Virus record (IMG/VR): IMGVR_UViG_3300031949_000019
From: a virus
DNA length: 64,000 nt
Strand: one strand, 5' to 3'
Made by a program: the position numbers and the translations under genes. Numbering within the stretch: the first letter of the stretch is position 1; each line of letters opens with the position of its first letter. A model generated the notes under the pieces. That model had not been told where the DNA came from and ran no database searches. It saw only the letters and a list, made by a program, of their open reading frames with translations. Shown in pieces: positions 34,901 through 43,514 of this stretch.

Positions 34901-35991
34901 ATCGCTTCTCTCGCCGTCTCAACTCCACCAAAGGTCAAGGCGGTACGAACAATGTGTGCTCCCCTAGTAGCTCTCGCTAAAGCAGGAATCTTGCTTAATA
35001 GTTTTCCTGCCCCAATGTAAGGTGCGACACCAGCTATTGTTTCCCCTGCGCCCATCGCAAGATTTTGCTGCGCTTCAGCATTAGGATTAACAAGACGTTC
35101 TTCAGGCGTAATCTCCCGTTCCGCGTCCACGGCCCCCAAAGTTAGCCCGCGTATCGCTCCACGTATCGGGTCGGTCTTAATTCCCATTGGAGCATCAAGA
35201 CTTGTCAAACCGGGAACATAAGGCTTAATCGCCTCTGTTGCTCGCTCAATAATTCCCGGACGGCGAGCTTGCATCGCAGGTCCACGATCACGTGGTATTC
35301 CCGGTTGGCCCCGTTCTGTCTCGGTAAACCCACCAGGGGCTTCAATAGTCTGCGGAGAAACGCCTTTTACTCCTGCTCTTGCTCTTGCAAAAGGATTAAC
35401 TCGTTTGGTAGGCGCTGTCGGTGCGGCGGTATCCAGCGAATCTAACAATGCATCGTAAGGGTCTACTTGTGTGGCCTTGGAGGTTTCGCCAATACTATCC
35501 AACAACTGGTCGTACTTGTCACCCTTTGGCGCAATCTTCTGTACATATCCTCTCGTTTCAGGAATACGTTGGGCAGACCGTCTCGCTTGCTCTGAAGTTT
35601 TGTTGTGACCTGAATTATAAGCCGCTAACGCTAACGTTGCATCGCCATGCTTGGCGATCAAGTCCTTCATCATGCGCGCTTGAGCATCCGCAGCTAACCG
35701 AGGGTTATAACGGTCATCGCGGCCCTTCCCCACGTAGAGTCCATACTGTCTCGCGGTATTCGGCATAAACTGACTGAGACCAGCCGCACCTTTTGACGAC
35801 TTTCCCGGCCCAAATACATAATGAGGACTAAAGTTTACTGATTCTTGTTTGGCTTGGTTATAGAGAAGATCGGGATCAACGCCATGCTTTTTGCCGACCT
35901 CCTGATAGAGCGCACGATAGTCCATCGGAGGCTTCGCTTTTTTGGCTGGACTTCCGAGATTATCTATCAGGTCATCGTAAGCATCTGGCAT
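28987..35991 (-). CDS. giant internal virion/ejection protein: N-terminal lytic transglycosylase (SLT), C-terminal LPD38-like domain
   Basis: GVDPDLLYNQAKQES...GAAGLSQFMPNTARQYG...ALAAYNSG (SLT); ALREGKPVPPEVLADYPDL motif; GWRPYSIQIGDKYISYVYTPL (LPD38-like). Confidence 0.88.
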   Translation of the reverse strand: MPDAYDDLIDNLGSPAKKAKPPMDYRALYQEVGKKHGVDPDLLYNQAKQESVNFSPHYVFGPGKSSKGAAGLSQFMPNTARQYGLYVGKGRDDRYNPRLAADAQARMMKDLIAKHGDATLALAAYNSGHNKTSEQARRSAQRIPETRGYVQKIAPKGDKYDQLLDSIGETSKATQVDPYDALLDSLDTAAPTAPTKRVNPFARARAGVKGVSPQTIEAPGGFTETERGQPGIPRDRGPAMQARRPGIIERATEAIKPYVPGLTSLDAPMGIKTDPIRGAIRGLTLGAVDAEREITPEERLVNPNAEAQQNLAMGAGETIAGVAPYIGAGKLLSKIPALARATRGAHIVRTALTFGGVETAREAIKAAKTGEPMSPTDIAVSTAMGAAMGGIAGVNPSMKRQIVAFLAPQVAVDVGRGTPLEQAIPNALTTLGFALTSGAKWRPTPKFNPETIRGRDSVPERPETIFAQLQVRGYSLIPNNTPRPSIPRGYRTEKTPDGVVYYDPNRISRETIRNTPTTELLGHVQPKSAATTEAVVARDAQGNEIQSSAVSPENVGKQAEVMAEQYPEAKIETGGPELAADVIAERTAPQRFHSLRFGDVEVTASQEGARAGKLRVAEVNNPEAIHYVKKADLQGRGNAQLLPIKPEVPAVEARKAEPTPPLEAAIPPAETIPVEGVQAKVSTPSQPEQVNAAQTSVEPAREAEVVKPWEMTRPQIEEEFQRKKAEDNNLEASILGPELAKRYARLQRTANGWDTEKADAAYKEVEKIEAALSETDRNRLYGIGETGPQVDELRSYRQSLGNLDDSSPQSLAESMRWAVSRVGNETDPVKMNHDQQVAYGTLREAARIAHENGWDTQAISREAIKAAGQRFSDPEDAAFMLDRFIKKETTPTRPQPKQIAPSQPVEPSVGENLAALLPQRAGIEISAEGLAELARQQNLDESLAKSLSHLGYEPTTPQTKAVNMLEGSMRKDLMNIRRAAVVGEASPEQITRGRQLIEDINAIRDWKREQTQKGVSFGAPVLESEPSLTVKPSPKGEPKVFSPSQGQPPAFERGSDVGDIKPQALADLTESQPFREHGLRGLDVPSQRAVMALVLREIRDPKIRDAVVESVPVDVVDNLMRVKSASDVSLHDKSVLPDGVTVNPDHTISIPIDVADTLVRAVAGSAAKGSSAFGDVGGVAAKLNPAVQADTINQRHVAAPLVESNVSGVPDLKSGTPRILPRDSAATERKTAAPEVKVSESVSESTAKEPTTFQAALKRGRTEYPSEVKAMAAQRSKEDWQVPVSLYIRGKWGSGTSEARFRNHRQSVEQALREGKPVPPEVLADYPDLKGAPNADTSSRATGVYSSELPLSTKSKALEPLPRTLKEAHDMARAEGFTINRRGSIPYWTKLIEESRAQKGEQRATTTKVELAKTQITVPESSKGAGVGDMPAPFTEERPGKFGPGAASAKEPFPEVKERKFGTRFVEDERMVQELRDSIGTAKYYEPIPNKVTAEEASKLVESRGIGDSIKIIKDENNALAPHVRSTMGQIVIQRLNQTYRNLKTSNPKEAEFVLDQATDLAEWQMDYGTRLGQGVQSFAMWAKLTPQGKLLSYKRAVDKARQRHMKFAEPEVREAVDTLNKKGLTDEERLAELNKLFKKNATVRKARPSWQKLIEAAKDGKLTDTLFYDIVGDRLGLPGYSKEIARRITELADLIEQAPEGMPKDKAVLELNKFIAQQKGFGAEDLPIGIYYGNILSGYNTHIVNTIDTAFNVISEVNGLAMNNPRAAAKIYGGMLRGFSDGKLDALLALTQGRMVTDGKWLEVPRLMDISKFGKKGGVPIRTDTRVGRATKLIAESPIGTPLNAYKYVTRLLAASDAVFFRSAKEARASLLADRMARNEGLRGDELDARVRDILALDRRADFLKQAEREGFTGAEAKVRAAELVEMVRDKDISSDAAEFAGEATYNHTPHGALGYASEVIGNWAQKYKALKLFVPFTRIVANVTNRGLNYTPYGYKRAFMGYSHGEVLTPEARRLMITRATMGTVGLVGLGTLQAAGLIQIHGNGPSDREKRRQLQGAGWRPYSIQIGDKYISYVYTPLSLGLSVVGNMTDSQRYHELEQKDAATRGAYAIARLGSTVFSQSFLSGLSRLFDALSNEPAKSITAVKQTLSSTAAAATTPNIARDIYRLFDNKSYQSNTLMEDLVRSTPFASIYLKPTLNAFGEPVRLQRQRFFDVLTSDPSWRFVISKGLRVPVPSKTGEVSKGRRITPEEYYDLLSKTGPRMKQWIKDNQQKLDTMTEDDAQDELSKQSGVITKDEMNKLRDKLGIARDKPTGFKAAFGRPRRQGAFASPF
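32329..32396 (+). promoter_or_regulatory. extended -10 promoter, hairpin and RBS of the nested HNH gene
   Basis: TG-g-TAGAAT (32329-32337), GGTGTGCC/GGCACACC stem (32342-32370), AAGGAG (32391-32396), ATG 32404. Confidence 0.7.
32404..32862 (+). CDS. HNH homing endonuclease nested antisense inside the 2334-aa gene
   Basis: CxxC...FCSRPC zinc module, GYRMV...REHRLIMERHVGRRL...EIVHHIDGDRLNNSVSNL (HNH_3), C-terminal HTH; strong RBS. Confidence 0.9.
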   Translation: MPLIDCICLNCGIQFSRYPTNIAKSGRTFCSRPCHCAYERVGYVNGNGYRMVRIDGHAVREHRLIMERHVGRRLDAHEIVHHIDGDRLNNSVSNLRITDFAEHQRHHRPLTWDIEAAKAMLAEGLTLRQVGKRLRLDISHIRTAFKSRGLPL

Positions 35992-37476
35992 TTAGAGTCT
36001 GCCTTTGGCCTTAGCACGTCGTACTGCTTCATCAGGATCAAGGCCCGCATCAATGGCAGCTTGTCGAACTGTCCCTTCACTTAACTTCAGCTTGTTACCA
36101 ACGGGCTTCCCGTAAATAGGTTTGTCTAAATCGCTTCCACCCATCTGCACTTTTGGTTTGCTGTAGGGATAGCCACCTTCGCCTGAACCCCATTCATTAT
36201 CCGGGTCAATCCTGTTCAACTTGTCAGCCTGCAATGCGCCTTGCGCTACCAATTCTTTGCGCTTGCGCCCCAACACTGGCAATTCTGGATCGGAAGGATT
36301 ACCTCGCTTGTTAACTTCCCCAATCTGCGCGTCAATGTCTGTTAATTGCCGATGAACTTGGTTGATTATAGCTGCCGTCTCCGCAATGTCTTTTCTCTCC
36401 CCTGCGGTTATCTTCCGCCCTTGACCTGTTGTTCCACGTAATCCTGCACGATAATTTGCGCCTGCCTGAGCATTCGCCGCCCGCGTATTTGCCGCTCCTA
36501 ATTGCGTTTTAGCAAAAGAGCCTTGTGGTACGCCTTCCGCAGTTGTTACTGGAGTTGCTATCCCTGTTTGCTGGTTTATCTGAATCTGATTGCCATTCTC
36601 ATCAATCGCGCCGCGCATCCGGCCTGCAATAAACTTCTCCCTTATTGGCCCACTGAGTCCCAATTCATCTGCTGCGTATTCCAGTAACTCGGGGCTATTC
36701 AATGCGCCAGAATTGTATTCCGAGAGAATCAACCGTTTCCGCCTATCGGTATCCATGCTACCCCAGTGAGCAACCCGTGCTTCATCCATCTTTTTACGGC
36801 GCGCACCTTCTGCGTTCTGCTGACGGATTCGCTGTTGTTGGCTCTGAAGCGGCCCCGCACTTCTAGCCGGAGTTTGCACTATCGTTCCATCCTCAAGTTG
36901 AACAGGAACCATCTGAGTTAAAGCCTGCTTTTGTAAATCTACATCTAATCCTAGATTCTGTTCCGCACGTTGTAACTCTCGTTCTCTTTTAGTAAGGGTC
37001 GTTCGCGGCTTATTTCCAAACCCTGCATTCACTGCGTCAATAATGCTCATTGCGATGTCTTTTTTGCCGCGAGGTTGGTTCTGTAAATCGCGAAGATACT
37101 GAGCATCGTCTGCAACCATATCTCTCGGTTGCGTTCTTCGTTGGCGAGTCGATCCGAACGGTTCATCACTTGAACCAAAACCTTCTTGTTGTGGTTGAGA
37201 TTGGAAACGACGTTTCAGAGCATCGGTAAATGAAGGTTGCGCAGCCTTCCCTTCAATCACTTCAGGCTGTGGGGTTACTGTGCGTGGGCGTGTAATGGGC
37301 TGTTGGTTTTGCGGGGTCAGTATTTGACCGTTCGGACTCTGCGCTAACGCGCCTTGGTTGAGTGGAACACGCGGAGCATTTATATCACCAGAGGGAAATA
37401 GTTGTTCTTCCAGCGTTCCACCAGCATAACCGGGGGTCTGTCGAAATCTTCGTCTCAATTCATCAAGAAACGCCAT
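35992..37476 (-). CDS. putative ejection / DNA transfer protein
   Basis: 494 aa, Q/R/G-rich, helical, between portal and giant ejection protein. Confidence 0.6.
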   Translation of the reverse strand: MAFLDELRRRFRQTPGYAGGTLEEQLFPSGDINAPRVPLNQGALAQSPNGQILTPQNQQPITRPRTVTPQPEVIEGKAAQPSFTDALKRRFQSQPQQEGFGSSDEPFGSTRQRRTQPRDMVADDAQYLRDLQNQPRGKKDIAMSIIDAVNAGFGNKPRTTLTKRERELQRAEQNLGLDVDLQKQALTQMVPVQLEDGTIVQTPARSAGPLQSQQQRIRQQNAEGARRKKMDEARVAHWGSMDTDRRKRLILSEYNSGALNSPELLEYAADELGLSGPIREKFIAGRMRGAIDENGNQIQINQQTGIATPVTTAEGVPQGSFAKTQLGAANTRAANAQAGANYRAGLRGTTGQGRKITAGERKDIAETAAIINQVHRQLTDIDAQIGEVNKRGNPSDPELPVLGRKRKELVAQGALQADKLNRIDPDNEWGSGEGGYPYSKPKVQMGGSDLDKPIYGKPVGNKLKLSEGTVRQAAIDAGLDPDEAVRRAKAKGRL

Positions 37477-40073
37477 TACGCTACCTTCTTTGCTGCTGGC
37501 TTAGGTTTAGGTTTTGCTTTTTGCACACGCACGGCATTGTCGCCCGCTATCCGGGTCGTTTTCTCCGCGTTTTCACCCTGAATGCGAGTCACTGATTCTT
37601 GTCCAGCAATCTCTTTGTCTTTCATTTTCGACTCATGCTCTTGCTCGCTATCCTGCATCGCCTTTTCGGCTTCCAGTTCCAACTGTTGATCGTCACCCTG
37701 CTCCTGTGGCTGTTGTTGTTGAAGCATTGCGCCACCGATTGCCGCTGGCGCGGCTCCCACAGCCTGAATAATTCCCGCATTCACAGCCTGTGGTAGCTGG
37801 CTCTGCGTCTCAAGGTTCATGTGGAGATTCACCATCGCCTCCGCAGTTTGTCGTAACACCAACGGGGATTTCTGCGCCGAATCAAGATCCAGCCAATCTC
37901 GCCACCATTGCTGTTTCTCGGGCTGCTTGGGTTCGTACATACTGACAGGCGGTTGAAGCATCTGTGTAAGCATGGCCGGATCATCCACGCCACCTTCTAG
38001 CTGTTCTTTCATCTGTTGCAAGCGAGAGAGACACAATGTTGAAATGTCGTCGTCTGACTCGTTACCCCAATCGATATTATAGGGCCGCGAGGTAGCACGG
38101 AAGAATTCCGGGTCTTGTTTCTTAATTCCCAGCGCAACTTCAGCCCCACCGTATGCAAGAAACATATTTTGCACATCACTCTGTTGGCTAAACGGAGTAA
38201 CGGGCAACTGCGAGTTTTGCACAAGCTCGAAAATTACCTTCCCTCTCAAGTCTTGCCCTGACACTGAGCGGCCCCGCGCATTACCTTTGCCGGGGAAAAA
38301 TCTTGCTGCTACTCCATACCTGCCCAAAAGACGGACGATCTTCTTTGCAATCTCAACCCGCGATTCACCCTTGCTTATCAGCATAGGGCCATAAAGGGAG
38401 TTTGCAAGTTGGGCTGTAATCTGCGCTCCTGTTGCCGTCCGGTTGTCTACAGGCAGCACGTTCTCGGAGAAGTCTACGGACAGCGCAGACATAGTGAGCA
38501 TCTGCATCAGGAACTGCCCGCCGTATTGAATGTACTGTTGAGACACCGCACCGGGAGCAGGCATGTAGATGGCATCTGGCAACTTCATTCCCACCGGCAA
38601 CATGGAAAGATTTACCGCGTGGTTTACTCCCGGCTTGAATAGGTACTGTCCGTTGTCCTCTTGCAGCATTCGCGTATCAACAAACACTGGAGGAGTAGCT
38701 GTCGTTGCCAACCCTTTGTAGATATGGCCATCGACGGCGTTGAATCGCTTTTGAACCCCAGCCGTATCTTCCATCCCTCTGCCAGCGCCAGACTCGGCAT
38801 CCATGAACCATTGCGCGGTGACTACTTCATCCTGATGCGATTCGCCTGCGTAAACTCCGACAATGAGCGACATATCGTTCAGACCAACAATGCAAACGGG
38901 CGCACCTTTGAACACATCAGAGAGTCGGCCTTTCGGCATCTTCACTCCCGCAACGGTGTCGCCCTCATCCACTTCAATTTCTGCTTGGTCTTCTGCGGAT
39001 AGCCAGAACTCTGCCATCGTTGGTCGTTTATCAATCAGGCTTTGATTACCACGATATTGGGTAGCCGAATTTCCTTGAAATGCTTGGCCCGCATAGGCGA
39101 GCGCGTGAAGAATGTCCAACCCATAGTCCCCGCTGCTTTGGCTGTCTGGAATAGTGACGTTTCCAAGCATGAGATTGATAGCACCTTGAGAGATTCTCTG
39201 ACGTTTAATCGCCCACGGAGACTCTTCCAACTGCTTTGAAAGTTCCCATCGCCATGAAGCGAAGGCTGATGAAATTAGCTCCGGCTCACCAACAGGCTTT
39301 GGTTGGCCCATGCCTATCTGTGCCATACTCTGTGTCTGCGCTGGCCTTACATCTACAGCCTCGCTTCCACACTGAGGACATTTATTACCGTAGTCGGTTG
39401 GCTCAAACTCCTCTGCTTCTCCCTGGTGCTGGCAATCCGCACAAGTACCTTCGCCCGGATCAATTTGCTGATCACGTCGTGAGACGGTGCGCTCTGCTAC
39501 TTGCGCTTCACCTTTGAAGGGATTCCAGCGCACTTGATGAATGAACATTCCGTCAGTAAGGAGTCGGATAGCTTCGCGGCGAGAAAACTTTGCTGTGTAC
39601 CAATCACTTTCGTAACAGTCTACGGTAGGACGACATGCCTGAGCACTTGCAATGGCTTCAGGGGTATCGTCACCTGGCCGCATGTTCACATTCGGATTTG
39701 AGGCAATGACCTTCGCTTCGCACACCTGCGCGTGGAAAGTCATTAGGTTCATCGCTGTCATGCGATCTGTAGTGTCGTTTGGAAAGGGGCGAACGTAGTA
39801 GCCAATACCAGATGGATTGCGCTGAAGTAACTGCTGGCCTTTTCGGAACAAGCTGACCAGCGACGCCATAGAAATCATTTCAGCCCATGCAAGTTTCTCG
39901 TAGTTCAGTTTGGCTTGATAGACCTTGCGAACGGCGTCTTCAAATTTCGAAGGGTTCTTTAGGTCTACTTTCTTGTTCTTGATTGTTTCCGCGATTGGAC
40001 GTGCGGGGGCAAAGTTGGGACTCGTTCTAGCGAGTGGAATGGATAACTGCGTGAAGTATTCTTGAGGCTGCAT
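37476..40073 (-). CDS. portal protein (P22-like, long C-terminal helical tail)
   Basis: 865 aa downstream of TerL; typical GRG...ED...Q...N...D..TATGAQI layout and Q/E-rich barrel tail. Confidence 0.72.
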   Translation of the reverse strand: MQPQEYFTQLSIPLARTSPNFAPARPIAETIKNKKVDLKNPSKFEDAVRKVYQAKLNYEKLAWAEMISMASLVSLFRKGQQLLQRNPSGIGYYVRPFPNDTTDRMTAMNLMTFHAQVCEAKVIASNPNVNMRPGDDTPEAIASAQACRPTVDCYESDWYTAKFSRREAIRLLTDGMFIHQVRWNPFKGEAQVAERTVSRRDQQIDPGEGTCADCQHQGEAEEFEPTDYGNKCPQCGSEAVDVRPAQTQSMAQIGMGQPKPVGEPELISSAFASWRWELSKQLEESPWAIKRQRISQGAINLMLGNVTIPDSQSSGDYGLDILHALAYAGQAFQGNSATQYRGNQSLIDKRPTMAEFWLSAEDQAEIEVDEGDTVAGVKMPKGRLSDVFKGAPVCIVGLNDMSLIVGVYAGESHQDEVVTAQWFMDAESGAGRGMEDTAGVQKRFNAVDGHIYKGLATTATPPVFVDTRMLQEDNGQYLFKPGVNHAVNLSMLPVGMKLPDAIYMPAPGAVSQQYIQYGGQFLMQMLTMSALSVDFSENVLPVDNRTATGAQITAQLANSLYGPMLISKGESRVEIAKKIVRLLGRYGVAARFFPGKGNARGRSVSGQDLRGKVIFELVQNSQLPVTPFSQQSDVQNMFLAYGGAEVALGIKKQDPEFFRATSRPYNIDWGNESDDDISTLCLSRLQQMKEQLEGGVDDPAMLTQMLQPPVSMYEPKQPEKQQWWRDWLDLDSAQKSPLVLRQTAEAMVNLHMNLETQSQLPQAVNAGIIQAVGAAPAAIGGAMLQQQQPQEQGDDQQLELEAEKAMQDSEQEHESKMKDKEIAGQESVTRIQGENAEKTTRIAGDNAVRVQKAKPKPKPAAKKVA

Positions 40074-40079
40074 TCATTC

Positions 40080-40484
40080 TCAATTTGAATACGGATCGTC
40101 CTGTAATGGCTGACGCCGGGGGAGTATTACCTCACTAAGGAATCTTTGTTTTTGTTGTTGAGCCGTTACTATTCCAGCATCTACCTCGGGCTTCCACATC
40201 AAGTCGTACTCTTGCCTGTCTGCCCACGTCAAGGTTTCCCACGGATCGGTCGCCGCATTTAATGAGGGCCGCTGATTGATCTGCTTGACTGGCGGAGCCG
40301 GAGCCTCGCGCGCTGGCATCCCCCACAAACCAGCCATTCTCATTGGCACTGTTACCAAAGTGTCTTCGCGTTCAAGATTACGATAACGCTCGGCTTCGAG
40401 TTGCCCTTCTGCTTTCAATGCGCGGCCACGCCAAAACTTTGCTCGCGCTCGCCAGTGTCGCCATCTGAAGAACCGTCTGATCAA
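40080..40484 (-). CDS. hypothetical protein
   Basis: 134 aa, coupled. Confidence 0.6.
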   Translation of the reverse strand: MIRRFFRWRHWRARAKFWRGRALKAEGQLEAERYRNLEREDTLVTVPMRMAGLWGMPAREAPAPPVKQINQRPSLNAATDPWETLTWADRQEYDLMWKPEVDAGIVTAQQQKQRFLSEVILPRRQPLQDDPYSN

Positions 40485-40666
40485 CGCTTCTTTGCTCCTT
40501 TCTTCGTTGACTTCACAGCTTTCTTTCGAGGTGCGCGTTTTAGTTTCACTTCAGCAACTACCTCAGCTACCAACTCGGCTTTTACTTCAGGAGGCGTCGA
40601 AACTGATAACGCAAACGGTCTCGTTATCTTCTGCCACGCATCTCTACAGATTCCAACGATGTTCAT
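40481..40666 (-). CDS. small basic protein
   Basis: Lys-rich C-terminus, coupled. Confidence 0.5.
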   Translation of the reverse strand: MNIVGICRDAWQKITRPFALSVSTPPEVKAELVAEVVAEVKLKRAPRKKAVKSTKKGAKKR

Positions 40667-41011
40667 TTATCCAAACAGCGTCGGCCCGAGATAGCCTGTT
40701 GGAAATTCCGAGGCCCAGGTGTCCTGCACCAAACCCTCTACCGTGGTGGCGGCTTGGATTCTGCTGTCAGACAGATCGCCAAGACGCGCACCCTCACGAA
40801 TTGCAGCGATGATGTTCTGCCGTTGGGCTTCGGCTTCTGCGCCTGCTGAAACAACCGCTCCCTGCACGTCAGTCACAAGGTCTTCCGCAGTTGTCGCTGC
40901 GGCAACTTGTACGTCAGTCAAGTAGCCAGCAACGTCTGCCTGCCGTAGCGCAAAGCCAACAAGCTGTGATGGAACGCGATTCCCTGCTGTGTAGGTCAAA
41001 AGTCCAGACAT
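40667..41011 (-). CDS. hypothetical protein
   Basis: 114 aa with internal repeat AAT(T)AEDLV / AATTVEGLV; GGAGG RBS. Confidence 0.7.
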   Translation of the reverse strand: MSGLLTYTAGNRVPSQLVGFALRQADVAGYLTDVQVAAATTAEDLVTDVQGAVVSAGAEAEAQRQNIIAAIREGARLGDLSDSRIQAATTVEGLVQDTWASEFPTGYLGPTLFG

Positions 41012-41013
41012 CG

Positions 41014-41211
41014 TTATTTTCCTCCAATATGTTTCAGACCGCGCTTTTTCTTGGGCGCAGATTCGGGAAGTCCTTTGCGCGGAGTCGCAGCAAAGTCGTG
41101 TAATTGCCCGCGCGACATCTTCCGCAACCCTTTGTTGCGAGCAAACAGTTTACTTGGCGCGTGCTCGGCAATCGCCATCGCAATCTGTTGCTTCTTAGAT
41201 ACCGCGGGCAT
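41014..41211 (-). CDS. DUF3008-like small basic protein
   Basis: MPAVSKKQQ...MS..QLHDFAATPRKGLPE pattern. Confidence 0.65.
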   Translation of the reverse strand: MPAVSKKQQIAMAIAEHAPSKLFARNKGLRKMSRGQLHDFAATPRKGLPESAPKKKRGLKHIGGK

Positions 41212-41257
41212 GTCGGTGCACAGTATGGCGCATTATTCCGTTCTATGGCAACGCTTT

Positions 41258-43249
41258 TTAGCGTGGGAGTGGCTGGCCGTAGTCATCAAGCGGTGGTGGC
41301 TTCTTCAAATTCAGGGTTCTCTTGGCAAGCCATGTGGCTATCTCGCCTGTCATTGCGGCTACATCTGGAGGAATGTTTCGCTGCGCTAATTCTTGGCGCG
41401 TATAGCCAGACGGTATCAAGGCGTTGAGCTTTTGCTCTTGAGTTAAGGGCATGTCTGTAGGGCCGAACGTGCCGCCCGCAAGCAACATGCGAGTGCTGTC
41501 GTTCTCATCATCATCGCGCTTTATTGGCTCATCTACTGTCAGACCGCCTTCTGTGTGTTTCACTGGACGACGTCGCCAGTTGAACGCCCCGTCACGATGT
41601 CGCCTCAAGCCATAGTCATCTATTGGAGAAAAGAATTGATCGTCGGCAACAACATCAAACCATGCTGGACAGCCAATCTTCCACAGTCCAGTATTCGTGT
41701 TTTTTTCGTCACGATGGAAAGGATGTGGTTTGTTGTGATCGCAGGTTAGAAGGTGTCTCCATTGGGCGAGTCCTGCGGTTTTTGCTGAATCGCATGGTTG
41801 GAAGTGCCATGCGTGCTTGGAATTCAAAACCATCCTCTCACCCAGCTTTTCGTGGCTCATAAAGTGGCGTTCTATCATTTCCCCTGGCCAGATTGCCGCT
41901 CTTATCGCAATTGACTGCTCGTCAATTCCTACTGCCTGAAAGCTACGACCACGATAGCGAAACACCGAACCTGATAGTTCAGCAACTTGCGGCGCACGCG
42001 CGAGAAACGTCCACGCGCTTCGATGTCCAGTGGAATAACCAATATCTAACCCAACATCACACGGCCAATCAGAGGGAATGCGTCTCATGCCGTACTTTGC
42101 GTCGAACTGTGACCATGAAATAACGTTCGCGCGAGTAACGCGATCATCATATTCAGGTAAAACTCGTTCTTCTTCGGTCGCGGTGAGGTCATGCATGTAC
42201 TCCGCTTGGAACGCTTCAAGACCCGAGCGATCAAGAAATACCTGGCACTTCTTGATATCCATGTCTGCCCATGTTGGGGTACCCTTTTTGATGATATGCC
42301 GAGGGCCGTGCTCGGTCTGCTCAAACTCGATTTGAAGGTCTTCCTTGAAGGCTGGCACAGGGCCACCCCCGATAACACGTCTTACGGCCAGAACCGAGCT
42401 GATTCGAGTAATAATGCGGTTCATCACTGAGTTTGAGTGAATCGGGTTCTGATCGAAGATGATTCGCGTCGAAGCATTGCCCATTGGGAGGATCGAACGC
42501 GCAATCATCATCTCCTTGCCTTCAACTATTACAATCGAGTCTCCAATTTCATCTACATCGGAAAAGACAATAAGCGTCGGGCGCATGTCGAGCACCTTGC
42601 CGCCGCGCAAGGCGACGTTCAGGCCAGCAGGTCGCACCGCCCATCCGCCACCCCGAGGATCGCCAGTCATCAGGAACTCTCTGCCCCATCCAAACTTATT
42701 CCCATGCGCACCGAGCTTTGGTTTGCTCATCCACGGGTAAACTTTGCCGATTTGCTCCGACTCAATACGATCTCTAATGGAAATGACGTGTTCTTCAGCT
42801 TGCTCCTGCTTGCCTGATACCCAGAGGACGTAGCCCCGACGCACCAAACATCCTTCTGCTATCGCGCTCCACTCGCTATGGCTCGATTTTCCCGTGTCCC
42901 GTGCCCACGGTAGCAGCGCAACCAGATCATCAGAATTCAACTCTTTCCCTTCGCGTAGTCGCATGGCTATAGGCCAATACCAAGCCCAAAACTCGTGGTG
43001 AAAGAAAGAGAACGAACCTGTGAAGGTATGCGGGCCAAACTTCCGTAGCCACCATTCGTAGCCTTTGGCTTCATCCAGCATCCCTTTGTTAGCTTGGGCG
43101 TACTGATTGAGCTTTTTGTAGCCTTCGGGATTGTTCTTTTCCAGCCAGTCGAGACGTTTCTGAATTTCTTCAGGCGAACGCGAGAAAAACTCACGAGCTA
43201 TTTCATGGAATGTTGGGGTTGGGGTGTCAGACAATAGGAGCCTCCACAC
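41258..43249 (-). CDS. terL: terminase large subunit
   Basis: PWARDTGKS (Walker A-like), LIVFSDVDE (Walker B-like), GLDIGY...SAW (RNase H/RuvC-like nuclease), DDENDSTR. Confidence 0.85.
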   Translation of the reverse strand: MWRLLLSDTPTPTFHEIAREFFSRSPEEIQKRLDWLEKNNPEGYKKLNQYAQANKGMLDEAKGYEWWLRKFGPHTFTGSFSFFHHEFWAWYWPIAMRLREGKELNSDDLVALLPWARDTGKSSHSEWSAIAEGCLVRRGYVLWVSGKQEQAEEHVISIRDRIESEQIGKVYPWMSKPKLGAHGNKFGWGREFLMTGDPRGGGWAVRPAGLNVALRGGKVLDMRPTLIVFSDVDEIGDSIVIVEGKEMMIARSILPMGNASTRIIFDQNPIHSNSVMNRIITRISSVLAVRRVIGGGPVPAFKEDLQIEFEQTEHGPRHIIKKGTPTWADMDIKKCQVFLDRSGLEAFQAEYMHDLTATEEERVLPEYDDRVTRANVISWSQFDAKYGMRRIPSDWPCDVGLDIGYSTGHRSAWTFLARAPQVAELSGSVFRYRGRSFQAVGIDEQSIAIRAAIWPGEMIERHFMSHEKLGERMVLNSKHAWHFQPCDSAKTAGLAQWRHLLTCDHNKPHPFHRDEKNTNTGLWKIGCPAWFDVVADDQFFSPIDDYGLRRHRDGAFNWRRRPVKHTEGGLTVDEPIKRDDDENDSTRMLLAGGTFGPTDMPLTQEQKLNALIPSGYTRQELAQRNIPPDVAAMTGEIATWLAKRTLNLKKPPPLDDYGQPLPR

Positions 43250-43514
43250 ATCTCACGTCAATCGTAACCAAACGGCGGGTATGGAAGATTTTCTTGTCCC
43301 TGAGCACGTAGAGATATAAATGGCCGAGTCCACCTACTTCACCATTCATCAACATCCTGATTTCGTTTTCGTGAAGTTTTCCAGTTTCGAGTGGACGGCC
43401 GTCGCCATCATCAAAGACTTTTCCGAATTCAATGATTCGCAGAGCGGTAGTGTTGGCAGGATGGTCGGGGAGTGCGGCGCCGTTCGGTAAAGGTTCGGTT
43501 GTTTCTTCGATCAT
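43227..43514 (-). CDS. hypothetical protein
   Basis: 95 aa, ATGA coupling. Confidence 0.6.
   Translation of the reverse strand: MIEETTEPLPNGAALPDHPANTTALRIIEFGKVFDDGDGRPLETGKLHENEIRMLMNGEVGGLGHLYLYVLRDKKIFHTRRLVTIDVRCVEAPIV

Noticed and set aside
28987-35991. Tape-measure protein of a long-tailed phage
   Set aside because: No tail tube, sheath or chaperone-frameshift genes nearby; GNAT, ejection-like neighbours and the LPD38-like end fit a podovirus-type internal protein better.
41258-43249. Intein in the terminase large subunit
   Set aside because: No Hint splice-junction motifs; length is compatible with an uninterrupted TerL.
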